NCBI GenBank assembly: GCA_964016885.1
Contig: OZ024742.1
Location: forward strand, 303,366,001 to 303,430,000
Direction: 5' to 3'
Source of the DNA: Eledone cirrhosa
Lineage: Eukaryota
DNA: 64,000 bases
In this document: positions 38,352 through 52,220 of the stretch, piece after piece
Numbering within the stretch: the first letter of the stretch is position 1
Layout: each line of letters opens with the position of its first letter
Translations under genes and position numbers: made by a program
Notes under the pieces: model-generated
The model's database searches: none
What the model was told of the DNA's origin: nothing
The model's input: only the letters and a program-made list of their open reading frames with translations

Positions 38352-39403
38352 TTAAACGTTAATTTCATAAGCTGGTGGTTTCATTCATTGAAAAACTGGA
38401 ATATCCTTCGTCGAAACCAATGTAGGTCCATCAATTTAGTAACAGAAATTCTAAATGCTGTGACGAGTTGCGAATTGAATTCGAATTTACAAACTATTCT
38501 CTTACAAGCTGTACTCCGTGGTTCTAGTTGCCTATTAATTGTTGCAAATATTTCTAAAATATTTTAGAAACCAAACAAACAAAAACAAAACAAAAACAAA
38601 AAATAAAAAAAATAAAAATAATAATAAATAAAAAAATTGAAATAAAATATAAGAAACGGAAACAGGTGAATTGCAATAATTTACCTTATTTGAACAGGAA
38701 ATGGCTACATGCATAGTCTTCTATTCTGAATTGTCTTAAATCATATACTTTTGAACCGACTCTTAACTTATAGCATGATTGTGAAAACGGAATTTCAGTA
38801 GAAGCAGCAAAGTAATAATTGCCACAAATGTATACGTTTAAAAAATAATTCTTCTCTGTTATAAACAATTGTCACAGATTTTCTTTCGTTTGATTTCATT
38901 GTTATTCAAGTTGATGTTATTATTCATAATATAACTATTATCGCAATTCTCCGAATGGTAAAAAACAAGAATATTTTTAAAAAATTGCTAATATCTTGAT
39001 GGGAAACAATGGATTTTTGAATGCCGAAATGCGGAAGACAAAGAAAAAAAAATAAGGACAATTTGAACAATGTATTGCTTGAGTTTTCTTGAATCAACTA
39101 TTATTTGGTGGCATTTGACATGAACTCAAAATTATAATAAAGTATTTTGTCTTAAAGCAAGTGAAAGCTATTTAAATTGAAAAAAAATCTCAATCTAATT
39201 GATATATTAATACATTGTGCTTACGGATGTATCGATATATGCGATCGTGTTGTGCGTGAACTTTCTGTATATTTATATGAAAAAGAAGGAAAAAGTAAAG
39301 GAAAAGGTAAGAGAACGAAACAAACACTTATAAGAGAATGATGAATTGTCACTCGAACTGGGTGGTATTCGAAATGTAGCATGTATTATGTTTGACGAAT
39401 ATA

Positions 39404-39830
39404 GCTTCTTCTTCTTCTTCTTCTTCTTCTTCTTCTTCTTCTTCTTCTTCTTCTTCTTCTTCTTCTTCTTCTTCTTCTTCTTGAGATGGTTGTGGGAGCA
39501 GGTTCCTGAAAAGGTTATTTGAGCAGGTCCTGTCACAAGCAACCGTTTTCAACTGATCCGGCTGGTCCCCCAACTAAGACCAGCCGAGCACATGCATGTC
39601 ATCCAACCATCTTGCTCGGGGTCTAGCCCTGCCTCTCCTGCCAGCTGTTTTGCCCGTAAAATCGGTCTAGCGATTCTTTCCTGAAATATTTTAACTACAT
39701 GCCCACAGTATCGGAGCTGTGATATCTCAATTAGGAGAAGCAGCGGCTCTATCTGGAGTGGCTCTCTGATCTCCGAGCTACGCACTCTATCGAGTAACGT
39801 TATACCAAAGGCCCTTCGGAGGAATCCATT
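39404..39830 (-). mobile_element. RTE-clade LINE 3' fragment with (GAA)n tail
   Basis: RSSEIREPLQIEPLLLLIEISQLRYCGHV...GRPR..W, typical of an RTE C-terminus. (CTT)n at 39404-39482. Confidence 0.75.
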
Positions 39831-39874
39831 CTGGAACGAAGTATCAATAAAACATCAGTATGTTTTATTCACAA

Positions 39875-40062
39875 GGCGGTGAATTGGCAGTATCGGTAGA
39901 GGGTCGGACGCCATGCTTTGACGCATAGAGTTAGGGCCCTTGCCATTCTGAGTTCAAATCCCGCCGAGGTTAATTTTGCCTTTCATCCTTACGGGGTCGA
40001 TAAAATAAAATACCAGTAATGTATTGGGTAATTACTGGCCTTGTGCCAATAGTAGAAACAAT
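39875..40062 (+). mobile_element. Full-length Nin/Deu SINE with TSD
   Basis: GGCGGTGAATTGGCAGTATCGG..., B box and Nin core. TSD TATGTTTTATTCACA. Confidence 0.9.
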
Positions 40063-41959
40063 TATGTTTTATTCACACGTAATGCATGTTCTGCTATCGA
40101 ACAGCTCAAGGAACGATTGGTAAAACAAATGAAACACTTAACGTCATGTAAAAATCATTTCTACATGATATACATATACTTAGGTATAGGCACAATGTCT
40201 AACATTTTCTATTTGTTTGTTCAGGGTTGACTGAAGTAAAAAAAAATATATATTTGTTGGTATAAAATTGTATTTTTTAATATATTGCATATGTTGGTTA
40301 CTAGACGTTTTCTTCTTTTACGTTTCATACGAAAGAGTATTTGAATATTTATATTCCAATTATGTTGGGCTGAAATTTCCTTACAGCTTGCTAGTGCTTA
40401 CTAAATCATAAGCCACGTAAATTGCTAACGACTGCCTCTCTAGCGTTGACAACAGCTCATTCATATAAACGCAGAGACCTCAGAATAAATTTATGTTTAG
40501 TCAAGAAAATAAGTTTTAACGAAGTTAAATCTCATCATAACAGTCTGGCAGTGAACTAAATGGATGATAGTAAAATGTTTAATTGGTTTATACTTAACAT
40601 AAATGAAAGACAAAAAGTAGCAATATTGAAGTTCAGAACAAAAATCGTTAAACCGTATTTCTTACAATTCCTGGGCACAGTCGTGTTTTTCAACTAGACA
40701 TTCTTAAATTTAATAAAATAATTTATATTGAAAACTGATTTGCTGTAAACCAAATTAAACATTGAAAATAGTGTGGGAATAGGCATATTTGAAAGAAATT
40801 ATTACATAAAAATTAGTCAACATTTTACACATGGGATTTGATGGCGGTCATTCCACACGAAGTTTGAGAATTAGTGAAACTAATCTGAATAGAATGCAAG
40901 AGCACATGTGGGAAATGCCTAAATGAAAAAACGATTTTAAAATCGTATCAGTTGAAAGATTTGATTGCGGAAATTCCCGTTTGTTGACCAGTGCTCTCTA
41001 ATTTGATAGGTTTCTGCCTTCTGCATTAGGCGTAGAGATAGTTTCGCCATTTTTATCGTAGCCTTTAATCTCCGCCTAATACTTTTAATTTCCTGTGTGA
41101 AGTCGTATTTCAACGAAAAAGTGAGAGTAGTGGACAATATACCCTTTGTTTTTAAAGAATTCGTGAAATAATTAACGGAAGCACATTAATCTACGACTAA
41201 AGATCTAAGAGTAATCAAATAAGAATATGAAAATGCGAAATAGATGTATAATTGAGACCAATTTGGAACTTTAATTTAGTTGTAGTAATGATGATTTAAT
41301 TTGCAAAAAAAAATATATAAAACTTTGAAAATGGAAACTTCTGTAAATTTCCACAGAAGCTAATTAATGCAAATCATTGAGGGACCAGAAGATAATTTCA
41401 AAAGCTTTGTTTTTCCTACGCTCTGTAAATATATATTTGACGACAGTGCTAATTTATTTAATTGAATTCCAGTAATACGAGACATCCTTGCTCCGTATGC
41501 GATAGATTTGATCACTAACCCGGTTTAACACTACCATCTTCGGCTAATTATGATGATTTCTCACTGGGGTAAATTGTCAGCCTATGTTTATTTATAAAGA
41601 TAAGTTATTTTCTTTTTACCGATATCAGAGACCATTAAAACAGTCATGAAACAAGAATTGGTGGTAGGTCACTTGGCAAATAATGTTTCAGCGCATTTTC
41701 TTACACCGCGTACAAAACCTATTTGCGTCTGGCCCTCAGTAGTGCTATCTCTTCCCTCTCTCGTATTTACTGTTATTGTTACGGTCTCCGTTCTCTCTTC
41801 TCAACTTATTAAATCATCAACCATGATGTGTTTAAAATTCCAGGCACTGTAGTAAGCGTAGTGTCCTTCTGTTCATATATTCCCCGATAGACCTGCAACA
41901 ATTTAAGCGGAACATTGCGTATCAATCTCCTCAATTTTGGAATATTACAAAATCTAATC

Positions 41960-42290
41960 TACAGTGGGTCCTATCATAAACAACCATCTCTAGCTGATTC
42001 GGCTGGATTCCCAAGTGAGACCAACCGAGCGCATGGATATTATGCAACCATCTAGCTCGGGGTCAACCCTTGAGTCTCCTACAGGTTGGTTTTGCCCGTA
42101 TATCCAGCGATTCTTTCCTGAGACATTCTAACCGCATGCCCATAGTATCGGAGCTGTGATCTCTCAACCCGGAGAAATAGCGTATCTACCTTGAGTGACA
42201 CTCTGATCTCCACGCTACGCGCTCTATCGAGTAACGTTACACCAAAGACCCTTCGGAGGATCCCATTTCAGCCGCTTGTATTCGCGATCG
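41960..42290 (-). mobile_element. RTE-clade LINE fragment (same family as 39404-39830)
   Basis: Shares CATGCCCAYAGTATCGGAGCTGTGAT and CTCTATCGAGTAACGTTAYACCAAAG. Confidence 0.72.
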
Positions 42291-43207
42291 TATTTGTTGA
42301 GATATTACCCATAGGGAAGGTTTTGCACGAATACCGTATTGAAGATAACCTGTGTCAATATAATTCATATGTGAAAAGAAACATTTTCTTTTTACATATG
42401 AATAATATTGATGCAGATTATTTATGTAAATATATGTGCATATGCGTGTGTGTGTGTGTGTGCTTGTGTGAATCAATAGCTTTTCACCTCCTTTCCTTGC
42501 CGGTTACTATGGGGTATTTCCTATTTAATAGCTCAAGTGTAAATAGTCATAACCCAAGAGAATCAATGACAACTATGTTACTGAAAGTACTGCTGGAAAT
42601 GTTATCTAACGTAATATATTATGGAAAGCGTGATCTGTAAACGAGTAACTGTCCAATGTTTCACCTGTCGACCCAATGCTGTAGCCAATGGCCAATTTCA
42701 ACGTATACACTTGATCACGTCAGTGGCGTATTTTAATATCATTGAGACCTAATTAAAATTAATTTAATTATTGCGTAATCAGTGAACGGATGAACTGGGG
42801 TTCGTAAGCCTAATTATTTATTCAATCAACTCTATGTAAAATATTAATCTTATGTACGTTAGTCTATACTGATAATACTAGAGTTTTAATAATATCCTTT
42901 AAGCATAGTATGGATCATTGAAATTAGTTAAATGATTATTTAATTGTTACATTTCCTCATGCCATGTGGTTTCTTTGTGTGCCTATCATGTTTTCGAACT
43001 CTATAATTTTCTTTTATATATTTGTCTCTATTTAAGGTTCTTACATTTTCTCTGTCATTCTCTATTTGCTGTTTTCTCTAAGTTCCTTTCCCTGTTTCAG
43101 TTCCTTGCCTGTATTAACATTAATTAGGTTTAAACAACTATTAAGTAAAAAATGAATGGAAACTGCTTAATTACATGCTTGAATGGAGATATCCATGTTC
43201 AATCTAA

Positions 43208-43323
43208 ATTATTTTATCGTCCCCATAAGGATGAGAGGCAAAGTTAATCTCGGCGGGATTTTGAATCTGGACGTAACTCTATACTGCAAAGCATGGCGTC
43301 CGATCCTCTACCGATACTGCCAA
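43208..43323 (-). mobile_element. Nin/Deu SINE, head + core
   Basis: Reverse complement of TTGGCAGTATCGGTAGAGG...CTTTGCCTCTCATCCTTATGGGG. Confidence 0.8.
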
Positions 43324-43419
43324 TGACGTCGTATGTGGTTTCCCATATGTATAATATTGTCTTTCTGAGCGTGTTTCTGTGCTCTTAGTTAATTCCTCTC
43401 CTACAGCACCACACTTTAC

Positions 43420-43884
43420 TTCGCACAAAACATCGTCTCCTCAAACAAGAAAAAACTCAACTCCTACGGAAGAAATAACCTAGAAATCAGTGGAGAGCCG
43501 ACCAGGAGGTGTAACTGCCCTGATAGATCTACGTGCCTCCTCAACAAGAAATGCCGAGAACGTAACGTGATCTACCAGTGCAATGTGAGGACGGACACCT
43601 CCAACAAAGCTTATATAGGATTAACCACGTGTGACTTCAAGACCCGGCTCTACCAACACCGAAATACTTTCCGAAACCCGGTCCAGCGACATGCCACTAC
43701 ACTTTCGGGCCACATCTAGGGCCTCCAAGATAATAATATAACCTACAATCTCACTTGGAGCTTACTGTCCAAAGCTAACTCTTACACGAGAGGACGCCGT
43801 CCGTGTAACTTATGCTCGGAGGAAACATTACAAATGCTGTTTTCGAAGGACCAACTGCTAAACAAGAAAGAGGAAGTTAGCACT
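43420..43884 (+). pseudogene. Penelope-like GIY-YIG endonuclease relic 1 (Nematis-like)
   Basis: RCNCPDRSTCLLNKKCRERNVIYQC..AYIGLTTCDFKTRLYQH..TTLSGHI*..LTWSLL..CNLCSEE..LLNKKEE. Confidence 0.8.
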
Positions 43885-44227
43885 AAGGACTCAATTTATT
43901 CATATATAGGAGCTACCTCTAACAAATTTAAGGTAAGATTTAATACCCACAAACATAGTTTTTAAACATGCCGCACTAGCTAATACAACATCTCTAGCTG
44001 AAATAATTAATAATTATAGAAAGAGGAATATAGATTATGACCTGACCTGGAGTGTGCTCAAAAGGGCCACCCCTTATCAAAATAATAGATATGAATGTAG
44101 ATTATGTTCCCAAGAACTTTTTGAAATAATGAAATCTAAGGATATCCTATTAAATAAGCGACAGGAATTAATAATATCGTGTAATCATAAACTGAGAAAA
44201 ACCTTTAAATATTATAAACCTAATTAA
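43885..44227 (+). pseudogene. Penelope-like GIY-YIG endonuclease relic 2 (different family), followed by its 3'UTR to ~45480
   Basis: YIGATSNKFKVRFNTHKHSF, frameshift, TSLAEII..YDLTWSVLKRATPY..CRLCSQE..LLNKRQELIISCNHK..*. Confidence 0.8.
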
Positions 44228-44503
44228 TATACATTTTAGAAATTAATATATAAACTGTTTTTAATTCAGTTAACCTATAATTAATATTCTACTACTGATG
44301 AACTACATAATTTTACTTTCCTTCTTACAACTATCATTTCCTAAAACTGATACCATTAAGTAAACATATATAATGCTTTAATTTCAGGTTATGACTCTAT
44401 GTTCCTTGAAATCTCTATATATTTATTATTTCTCACTAATAAATTTAACCCCCCCCCCAATAATTATATGTATGTGTATGTATGTATGTGTGTATATATG
44501 TAA

Positions 44504-44549
<46 letters not shown>

Positions 44550-44564
44550 ATGTGTGTGTATATA

Positions 44565-44607
<43 letters not shown>

Positions 44608-45298
44608 TTTATATTCTTTTAATTTCCCCTCATCTTTAACAGCACTCTTCAACTACATCTAACTCTTATTTATCATATCTATATGCATTAGTATAATTTT
44701 ATCAATATAAATATACCCATCAATTAATTTAATTTATATTATTTTCATGGATGTATTTTTTTCACTAACACTCTTATCGTAAAATTTTAGTCTCCTTAGA
44801 TATTTGCATTGGCATTACTTTTTTTTAACAGCAACTGTTCGTATACTTTTTACTGACCTGACCTATTTTCACCCCTAAAATAACCTTCTCACTCTTCACA
44901 CTCCATTCAAAACTGAAATCTGCCTTCTTCTACCCCTAAAATAAACTTCAATTACTACTATTTTACCATTTGGCCAATTATTAACTTGCTATTGGTTAAT
45001 TCTAAACCTGTTACCAAACAGACAGACTATATTAAATCTTTGTTGGTTTTATTCAATGAACAAATATAATTATTTCTGAGGTCAGCATACGACCTATTTT
45101 CATCCCTAAAATAATCTTTCATTCATAATATTCTTTTCCATCCAAAACTGAAATCTACCTTCCTCTACCCATAAATTAAGGTTCTTTTACTACTATATTA
45201 CTATCTTGACCTTCACTATCTTTCTATTGGTCAATTCAAAACCTGTTCCCAAACAGACCTATTGTATTAAATCTTTGTTTCTTTTAATAAACAAATAT

Positions 45299-45436
45299 CA
45301 TTATTTCTGAAGACAGCATATATATGTGTAGGTATGTATATTCCCTCTGATAGTTTGTATAAATATTGTACATAGATCTATAGAATATGCATACCAACAC
45401 TAACACATATATCCTAGAAACGATCGTAAAATGATG
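45299..45436 (+). ncRNA. Type-I hammerhead ribozyme with ~100-nt extended stem II
   Basis: CATTATTT CTGAAGA [..ATATATGTGT..GGTATGTATATTC ... GAATATGCATACC..ACACATATAT..] GAAA CGATCG TA AAATGATG. Confidence 0.75.
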
Positions 45437-45662
45437 AATTTTTTAATATAAGGAACTGTTTCTTTGTTTATTCATTACTTTATTAATTTATATATATATA
45501 TAGATAGATAAATATACACGGGTGTGTATCATTGTGTATAGAAGATTATATTAATAAGAGGAATTCCAACTTTGATTTACTCGTTTTATTTACAATCCTT
45601 TAAAATTTATAATGGTATTATAATGAAATAGTATGATAGAATATTAAATTCTAAGTGTTACT

Positions 45663-45701
45663 TGAACAAGTACTTTCATTGTTTCGCAATCTTCAGGTTC
45701 A
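45663..45701 (-). ncRNA. Minimal type-I hammerhead ribozyme
   Basis: Minus strand: TGAAC CTGAAGA TTG cgaaa CAAt GAAA GTAC TT GTTCA. Palindrome AGTACT. Confidence 0.75.
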
Positions 45702-45730
45702 TAATATGTGGTGACAGTCAAGTTTGCAAT

Positions 45731-45774
<44 letters not shown>

Positions 45775-45876
45775 ACATATATTTATATATATATATGTAA
45801 GTATGTATATATGTACTTACATTTAAGTAAGTGCCGTACTAAGAGTGAGAAATGAAATTTCGTTTCATTCTATTCC

Positions 45877-45907
<31 letters not shown>

Positions 45908-46779
45908 TCTTAAATATGAAGGAAGCTAGCTTATGAATTAATTTTTGTGTATATTTACTAATAGATACATCATAGCAGGAGTGAATGATTTAATGTAAGA
46001 ACGTGAATATTCATGAATGTTCCGATCAACAATTTTAAGACTACGTATTTGAGTGTGGCATTAATGAGAAACTAACTTTACTTGGATTAATAGAATATCT
46101 TTTTTTTTAAATTGACCCTTTGCAATATAATGGATTAAGGAATTTGAATGTCATCGTTCAGAAAATAATTTAGATTCTCTAAATATAATTTCTGTTTGTA
46201 GATCAGCGGAATATACTTTTCTTCAAATCATACCAAGTTAGTAACAAGAGGAGAATTTATATAAGTAGACTATAGAAGTTGTTTAACTTACAAAATGTGT
46301 AAACTTTGCTACATTTTATTATTACTTTATGAAATGATGTAGAGATAAATGTATAAGATTTTATTTAATTTATCCCATAGAAAAATGTATTTCAGTTTTG
46401 TTATTTTTACAAGATATTGTAGCGGATTATTTTATTTTAAGAATATAAAATTTAAGTTGAATAGATTCAACTAATTCCCTGGTGAGACATATGATCTTCG
46501 TGCATCTTCTTATATCTATAATTAAGAAAACACATGGCCGATCATATGCGTCTAATATGCTTTGTGCAATCGGTGACAACATCAATCACATACTAGAGCA
46601 GATAACACGAAGATATATTAATTTCGATGTAATTCTTGATCCCTTCATATCATCCAAATTGTTACTTAGTATTTAAGCTGTTCTGATGTTTTAGGAACAT
46701 GTAATGTACAGTTCTAGTAGATAGAGAGCTACCATGCTGATGCCTTCGTTTATATGCACGCTAAACAAAGAAAAAAGAC

Positions 46780-47030
46780 AAAAAACAAAGAACGGATTAG
46801 AGAACTCATCAACCGAGAAATGGGGAAAACATCAACAGATGGCGAGCTTCGCTAAAGTGAGATATTAGGGCAGTATGGATTAAATTTAGCAAATATATTG
46901 CTAGAAAGCCCGGGAAAAGAGAGAAGAATCTAGCTTATTCTTTAGAAAATGCATATAGAAAAGGCTTCACAAACAAGGAGCTAACAACGAGAATGACTCA
47001 GGATAGATTTATGAAGGAGAAACACAAAAT
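46780..47030 (+). pseudogene. Old diverged L1/Tx1 ORF2 linker fragment
   Basis: KERIRELINRE..IRAVWIKFSK..LENAYRKG..DRFMKEKH parallels RDRISELVKRA..IRIESIRFSK..LDEALSKG..DQFFNAKH of the 55-64 kb copies. Confidence 0.55.
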
Positions 47031-47257
47031 ATACCTGGTTTATGCTCTGGTGATTACGCTGAAAATAGAATCTTCGAAGGCATTTTGGTAGTCCTAGTAG
47101 CCGAATGCGCTGTGTTACAGGCAAGCTATAATGTAATTTCAGATGGCCTGCAGTGAGTTCATGCTGAGTGTAGACAGATGTGTGTTATAATACATCAGTA
47201 TATAGAGACTAAACAATGACCTTCGATAGTTTTGAGGGCATTATTATTTAATATCAT

Positions 47258-47935
47258 TATCGGTAGAGGGTCGGACGCCATGCTTTGACGCATAGAGTTA
47301 CGGCCCTTGCCATTCTGAGTTCAAATCCCGCTGAGGTTAACTTTGCCTTTCATCCTGACGGGGTCGATAAAATAAAGTACCAGTAATGCACTGGGTATTT
47401 GCTGGCCTTGTCCCATAAGAAGAAACAATTATGTTTAATGTATGTAGGGCATTGGTGTGGCAGCACACATCCTTACGGTGTCGATAAAAATGTACCAGTG
47501 GCCTTCTGGGTCGTACTAATCGACATATCCCTCACACAAAACATCTCTCATTGTGTCTAAATTTGAAGGCGTTATTATTTATAACAGTTGTGACTTCTTT
47601 TGGCACAAGGCCAGCAATAACCCCAGTGCATTACTGGTACTTTATTTTATCGACCCCGTAAGGATGAAAGGCAAAGTTAACCTCGGCGGGATTTGAACTC
47701 AGATCGTAAAGGGGCGTAACTCTATGCTACAATGCAGGGCGTCCGACCCTCTACCGATACTGCCAATCCACATCATTTATAATAGTGAGTTCAAATCGCG
47801 CCGTGGAAAGCTTTATCTTTCATCCTTACGGGATTGATAAAATAAAGTACCAGTAGCACACTGGATTGGATTTAATTGAATTTCCCTATCCCCAAAATTG
47901 TTGGCCTCGTGCCTAAATCAGAAACAGTTATTATT
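47258..47935. mobile_element. Cluster of Nin/Deu SINEs: 47258-47431 (+), fragment ~47469-47560 (+), 47596-47768 (-), 47787-47935 (+, variant 3' end)
   Basis: The Nin core CATCCTTACGGG..CGATAAAATAAAGTACCAGT occurs four times, in both orientations. Confidence 0.85.
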
Positions 47936-48382
47936 GCTAATAATAGTTGTAGTTTTACAAATAGTATTTGCTGCTGCAGCTGTAGATTTGGTGGTGGTGG
48001 TGGTGGTGCTTGTGGTTCCAGCAGCAGTAGTAATAGCAGCAATTTTCTGTCTACATTAAAAATTCTATATATTCTGTGATACGTATTATATTTCTCTGGA
48101 ATTTTTTCCATTTTTATTCAAACCAAAATATCTAGAAGCAAAATATAATATATGAAATATATAATTTTATATGCTTGTATGGTGTATTACCAGAGGGCGC
48201 TCATACCGAAGAAAACTATTAAATAATTACGTTTTCTTTTGTTTGTAATTCTTAAATCGAAGATAATCGCTTACAACAATATATGACAAGTTGTAAACAA
48301 ATTCAGAATCCTTACAAAAATAAAAACCCGTAGCAAACAGGATATCATTTAAGAATATAAACATATTGTTTGTAGAGTATTC

Positions 48383-48450
<68 letters not shown>

Positions 48451-49743
48451 CATATATATATAAATATATATAAACACACATACACATATATACATATATG
48501 TGTGTGTGTATGTGTGTATGCGTGCATGTGTATGTGTGTGCTTATGAAGTTGGGGATAACACGTTAGAATTCTGTTTAGAACTCTTTCGTTTCATCTGTA
48601 TGTGTAGGCTTTAACTATTGTTAGTTTTGTAAAAATGGATTTATAAATTCTGTTTCAAATAATATTTAGGAAGTTTTGTTATAAATTTCACAACCCTGGC
48701 AGAGTTAACTCTTTTTCATATTTATTGATTTATATTTTCGACTTAAATGGAAACTTTAATGCTTATTTATTAATATTTACCGAAAATATAATAATTTTTT
48801 CCCGGAAAGTATCGCCAAGTCTTAAAAGACTGGTTTTGTCTGTGAATCAGGATTGATTCAATCAATTAGACACAGATCCATGACATAAATTAATCACGGA
48901 ATTTAGTCACTGATCCATGACAGAAACAAAGATATCATTAATTCCTAATCTCGTGTCATATAATGTATTTATTGGAAATTCAATAGGGAACTGTGAATGA
49001 ATGATATAAAAGAAAACAATAGTGGTATAAAAGAAACAATACCAATTAATTAGTTTTATAAAGAAATGGTTTACCTCATATTGTCTGAGATGATAGGTTC
49101 AAACAAAAACCACGATGTGAAGCTTTTTTCTAGTGATCTTGTAGATGTATAGGAAATTAAATCGAATCGATCACATGAACGCTATTATTTTATAGATATT
49201 GACTTGATGAAAGACAACTTTGACTTCAGAGCAATTTTAACTGATTAGATTATGTGAAGGAATTTGCTACGAGAGTGAAACTAGGTGACACTATATAGAG
49301 TTTGGTGCAACGTCCAAGGAATTAAGGGAATATATGGGATACACGGCATTGTACATCCTTACAATTTTAACACTTATAAGTATTTCACTCCAGTACTTTT
49401 CAGTTTTACACCGGTGTACACACACATACACCGATGCCCACGCATGCACACTCACATTCGCGCGCATAAACACACAAATACACAAGTACACAAACACACA
49501 CACGCATATATATATATCATAATGCAAGGACGCGTGGTTACTCCTTCATTACATTTATTGGTTGGTGACGTGCATTTCTCTATTGATCAGCTCAAGGTTC
49601 GATCTGTATTGATCTGGCCCTATTCTGAAATCAAAAACTCGTCGGAGCGCTGTAGCAGTAATGACAGAATACTGACGTGAACCTAAACATCGAGGGCTCA
49701 CCCGGGTGAACCTACAGTAACTCCGCGTTACACTCCTGGGATA

Positions 49744-49779
<36 letters not shown>

Positions 49780-49805
49780 TGTATGTATGTATGTATGTAT
49801 GTATG

Positions 49806-49837
<32 letters not shown>

Positions 49838-49919
49838 AGGTAAACAGAAATAACAGCACAATCGGTACAGTACATGGAAGAGATATATTAGGTTAACGCT
49901 TGATATAGCAGAAAGAGGG

Positions 49920-49955
49920 TCTTAACGTTTCGGACGCTAGTCCTTCACCAGATGA
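49920..49955 (-). ncRNA. Minimal hammerhead motif (A6G mutation), sister of 30206-30240
   Basis: Minus strand: tcat CTGGTGA aGGAC tagc GTCC GAAA CG TT AAGA. Confidence 0.68.
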
Positions 49956-50182
49956 AAGAATGAGAAACAAGATAGATTGAAGGGACGGGCGGGTTGGAAT
50001 TGGAAAAAAATGTCGTTAGATAAAAATATCAGGTCCATTCATGTTGACATCTCTTGCAAACTGTTGGTGCTGGCGTTTTGTGTATGATTTATTCTTTAGA
50101 AAACTGGAAGATGGAGCGCGTCTACCTGAAATGGAAAAAAAAACATTTTGTAAAAAGAGCTATACTTGTGCACGTACGTAAG

Positions 50183-50380
<198 letters not shown>

Positions 50381-50577
50381 AATACGTCCGTACGAAGCTA
50401 AGAAGAAATGTGTGCATATATGTGAGTAAAAGAGTGTGTGTGTGCATGTAAATACGAAGCTATGAGCAAGAGTATGTTAATATAAAAATGTGTATGTGTG
50501 TATACAGAGTAGTGAAGGGAAAAGTGGAGTGAGCATATATAGTCGGCATGTATTAGTTGTAACAGAAGATGTTAATG

Positions 50578-50648
<71 letters not shown>

Positions 50649-51295
50649 AGCAGGACACTTTTGCAAATTAATATGTATTTAACTTTACCCCACCTGCGTT
50701 CTCTGTGTCTTCTCTCTCGTACTCACTTACCTTCACTGGTCATTGTGTCTGTTTCTATAGGATTTAAATCCATACAAGCGCTTCACCTTCCGCCTTAGAC
50801 CTCAGTTAACACTTCTCTTTCTTTTTCTGACTTACTCTCTCTATCTCTATTCATCCTGTGCTGTGTCTGTCTATATAGTACTTATGTACGATCGAACAAT
50901 ATTTTCTCTCCCTTTGACTTCTGTGCATACATTCTCTTCTTGGCTAACACATTCGACCTTGTTTCTATCACTTCTTCCACGTTGCAGCACATTGTTTTCT
51001 AGCAAATTTTATTTATTAGTAAATACCTGAAAAACCAAACGTCCTTTCTTGTATCTATTTCTTACTGCCCTTGTGCACTGGAGCTAAGTGTATCGACCAT
51101 AATGCACCGAAATCACGATCACCTCCAGCAATCGACTGGTGAGAAGGGACTATACAGTGTTTCCTCCATTTTTTCCGTTGTCTTCGACCACCGTATTTGA
51201 TATATTGTATGATATTATCCGCGTAGGAGACTTTTTCAAATATATATATAATATGCTATAGAATTTCTCAATATATATATATATATTTAATTGCA

Positions 51296-51328
<33 letters not shown>

Positions 51329-51705
51329 TATCCCTGCGGAAGACTTTTTCAAATATATATATAATATGCTATAGAATTCCTCAATATAAATATATATATA
51401 TATATAGTATATTTGGCAATATACCGTATGCTTAATTAAAAACATTTTGAAGACCATACACTATCAGTTTTAAAGTAGTGACAACGTCACTTACTTCTTT
51501 TCTTCGGCGAAAGAAGGGAGAGAAGCTAACAAACTGTCTGCTATATAACTGTTATATATATATATGTTAGAAAGTGAGGTTTTTTTTACAAAATGAAAAA
51601 TAACCGAGGTGTCCTACACGAGTGAAAGTATAAAGAAAAAAAGATGAAATCGAAAATGCAACTGGAGTCTTATTTAAAAAAAATATATATATATTTATTT
51701 GGTTC

Positions 51706-51741
51706 CTTTACCGGTTTCGCAGTTCTTCTGCTTTTCAAAAG
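51706..51741 (-). ncRNA. Variant hammerhead (U3-A8 core)
   Basis: Minus strand: CTT TTGAAAA GCAG aagaa CTGC GAAA CCGG TA AAG, with AATAAA downstream. Confidence 0.68.
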
Positions 51742-51797
51742 TAGAGTTGAGATGGAGGGTCTGTGGTTTTTCTCTGTATATATACTGTATATATATA

Positions 51798-51875
<78 letters not shown>

Positions 51876-51889
51876 GAGAAAAACCACAT

Positions 51890-52027
51890 ATATTGTTATA
51901 CTTGGGGAGGGTCATATTTGTGTAATATTGCCAGAATTAATAACAGAACACACCAAACAGTGAGTGTGTTCTGTTATTAATTCTGGCAATATTACACAAA
52001 TATGACCCTCCCCAAGTATAACAATAT
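51890..52027. repeat. Perfect 64-bp inverted repeat with 10-bp spacer
   Basis: 51890-51953 is the exact reverse complement of 51964-52027. Confidence 0.92.
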
Positions 52028-52162
52028 TTGTTTCGACACACGATTTCATATAAAAACACACGATTTCATATAAAAAACCTCGCAAAACTATATATATATA
52101 TATATATAATTATAATGAAATGACAGGAGGCTGGATTTGTGTAAATCCTTGAAAGGTTTATT

Positions 52163-52220
52163 ATACTATGATCATTTCAATGACCGGATTCCGTATGAAT
52201 CCGGTGATATCATCAGGTAT
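52163..52220 (-). ncRNA. Minimal type-I hammerhead ribozyme
   Basis: Minus strand: ATAC CTGATGA tatcACCGGATTC atacg GAATCCGGTcatt GAAA TGATCA TA GTAT AATAAA. Confidence 0.82.

Noticed and set aside
51078-51128. CTGGAG..GTGTAT/ATGCAC-CGAAATCACGATC-ACCTCCAG hammerhead-like relic
   Set aside because: The stems are plausible but the CUGANGA box is missing, so it is not counted.
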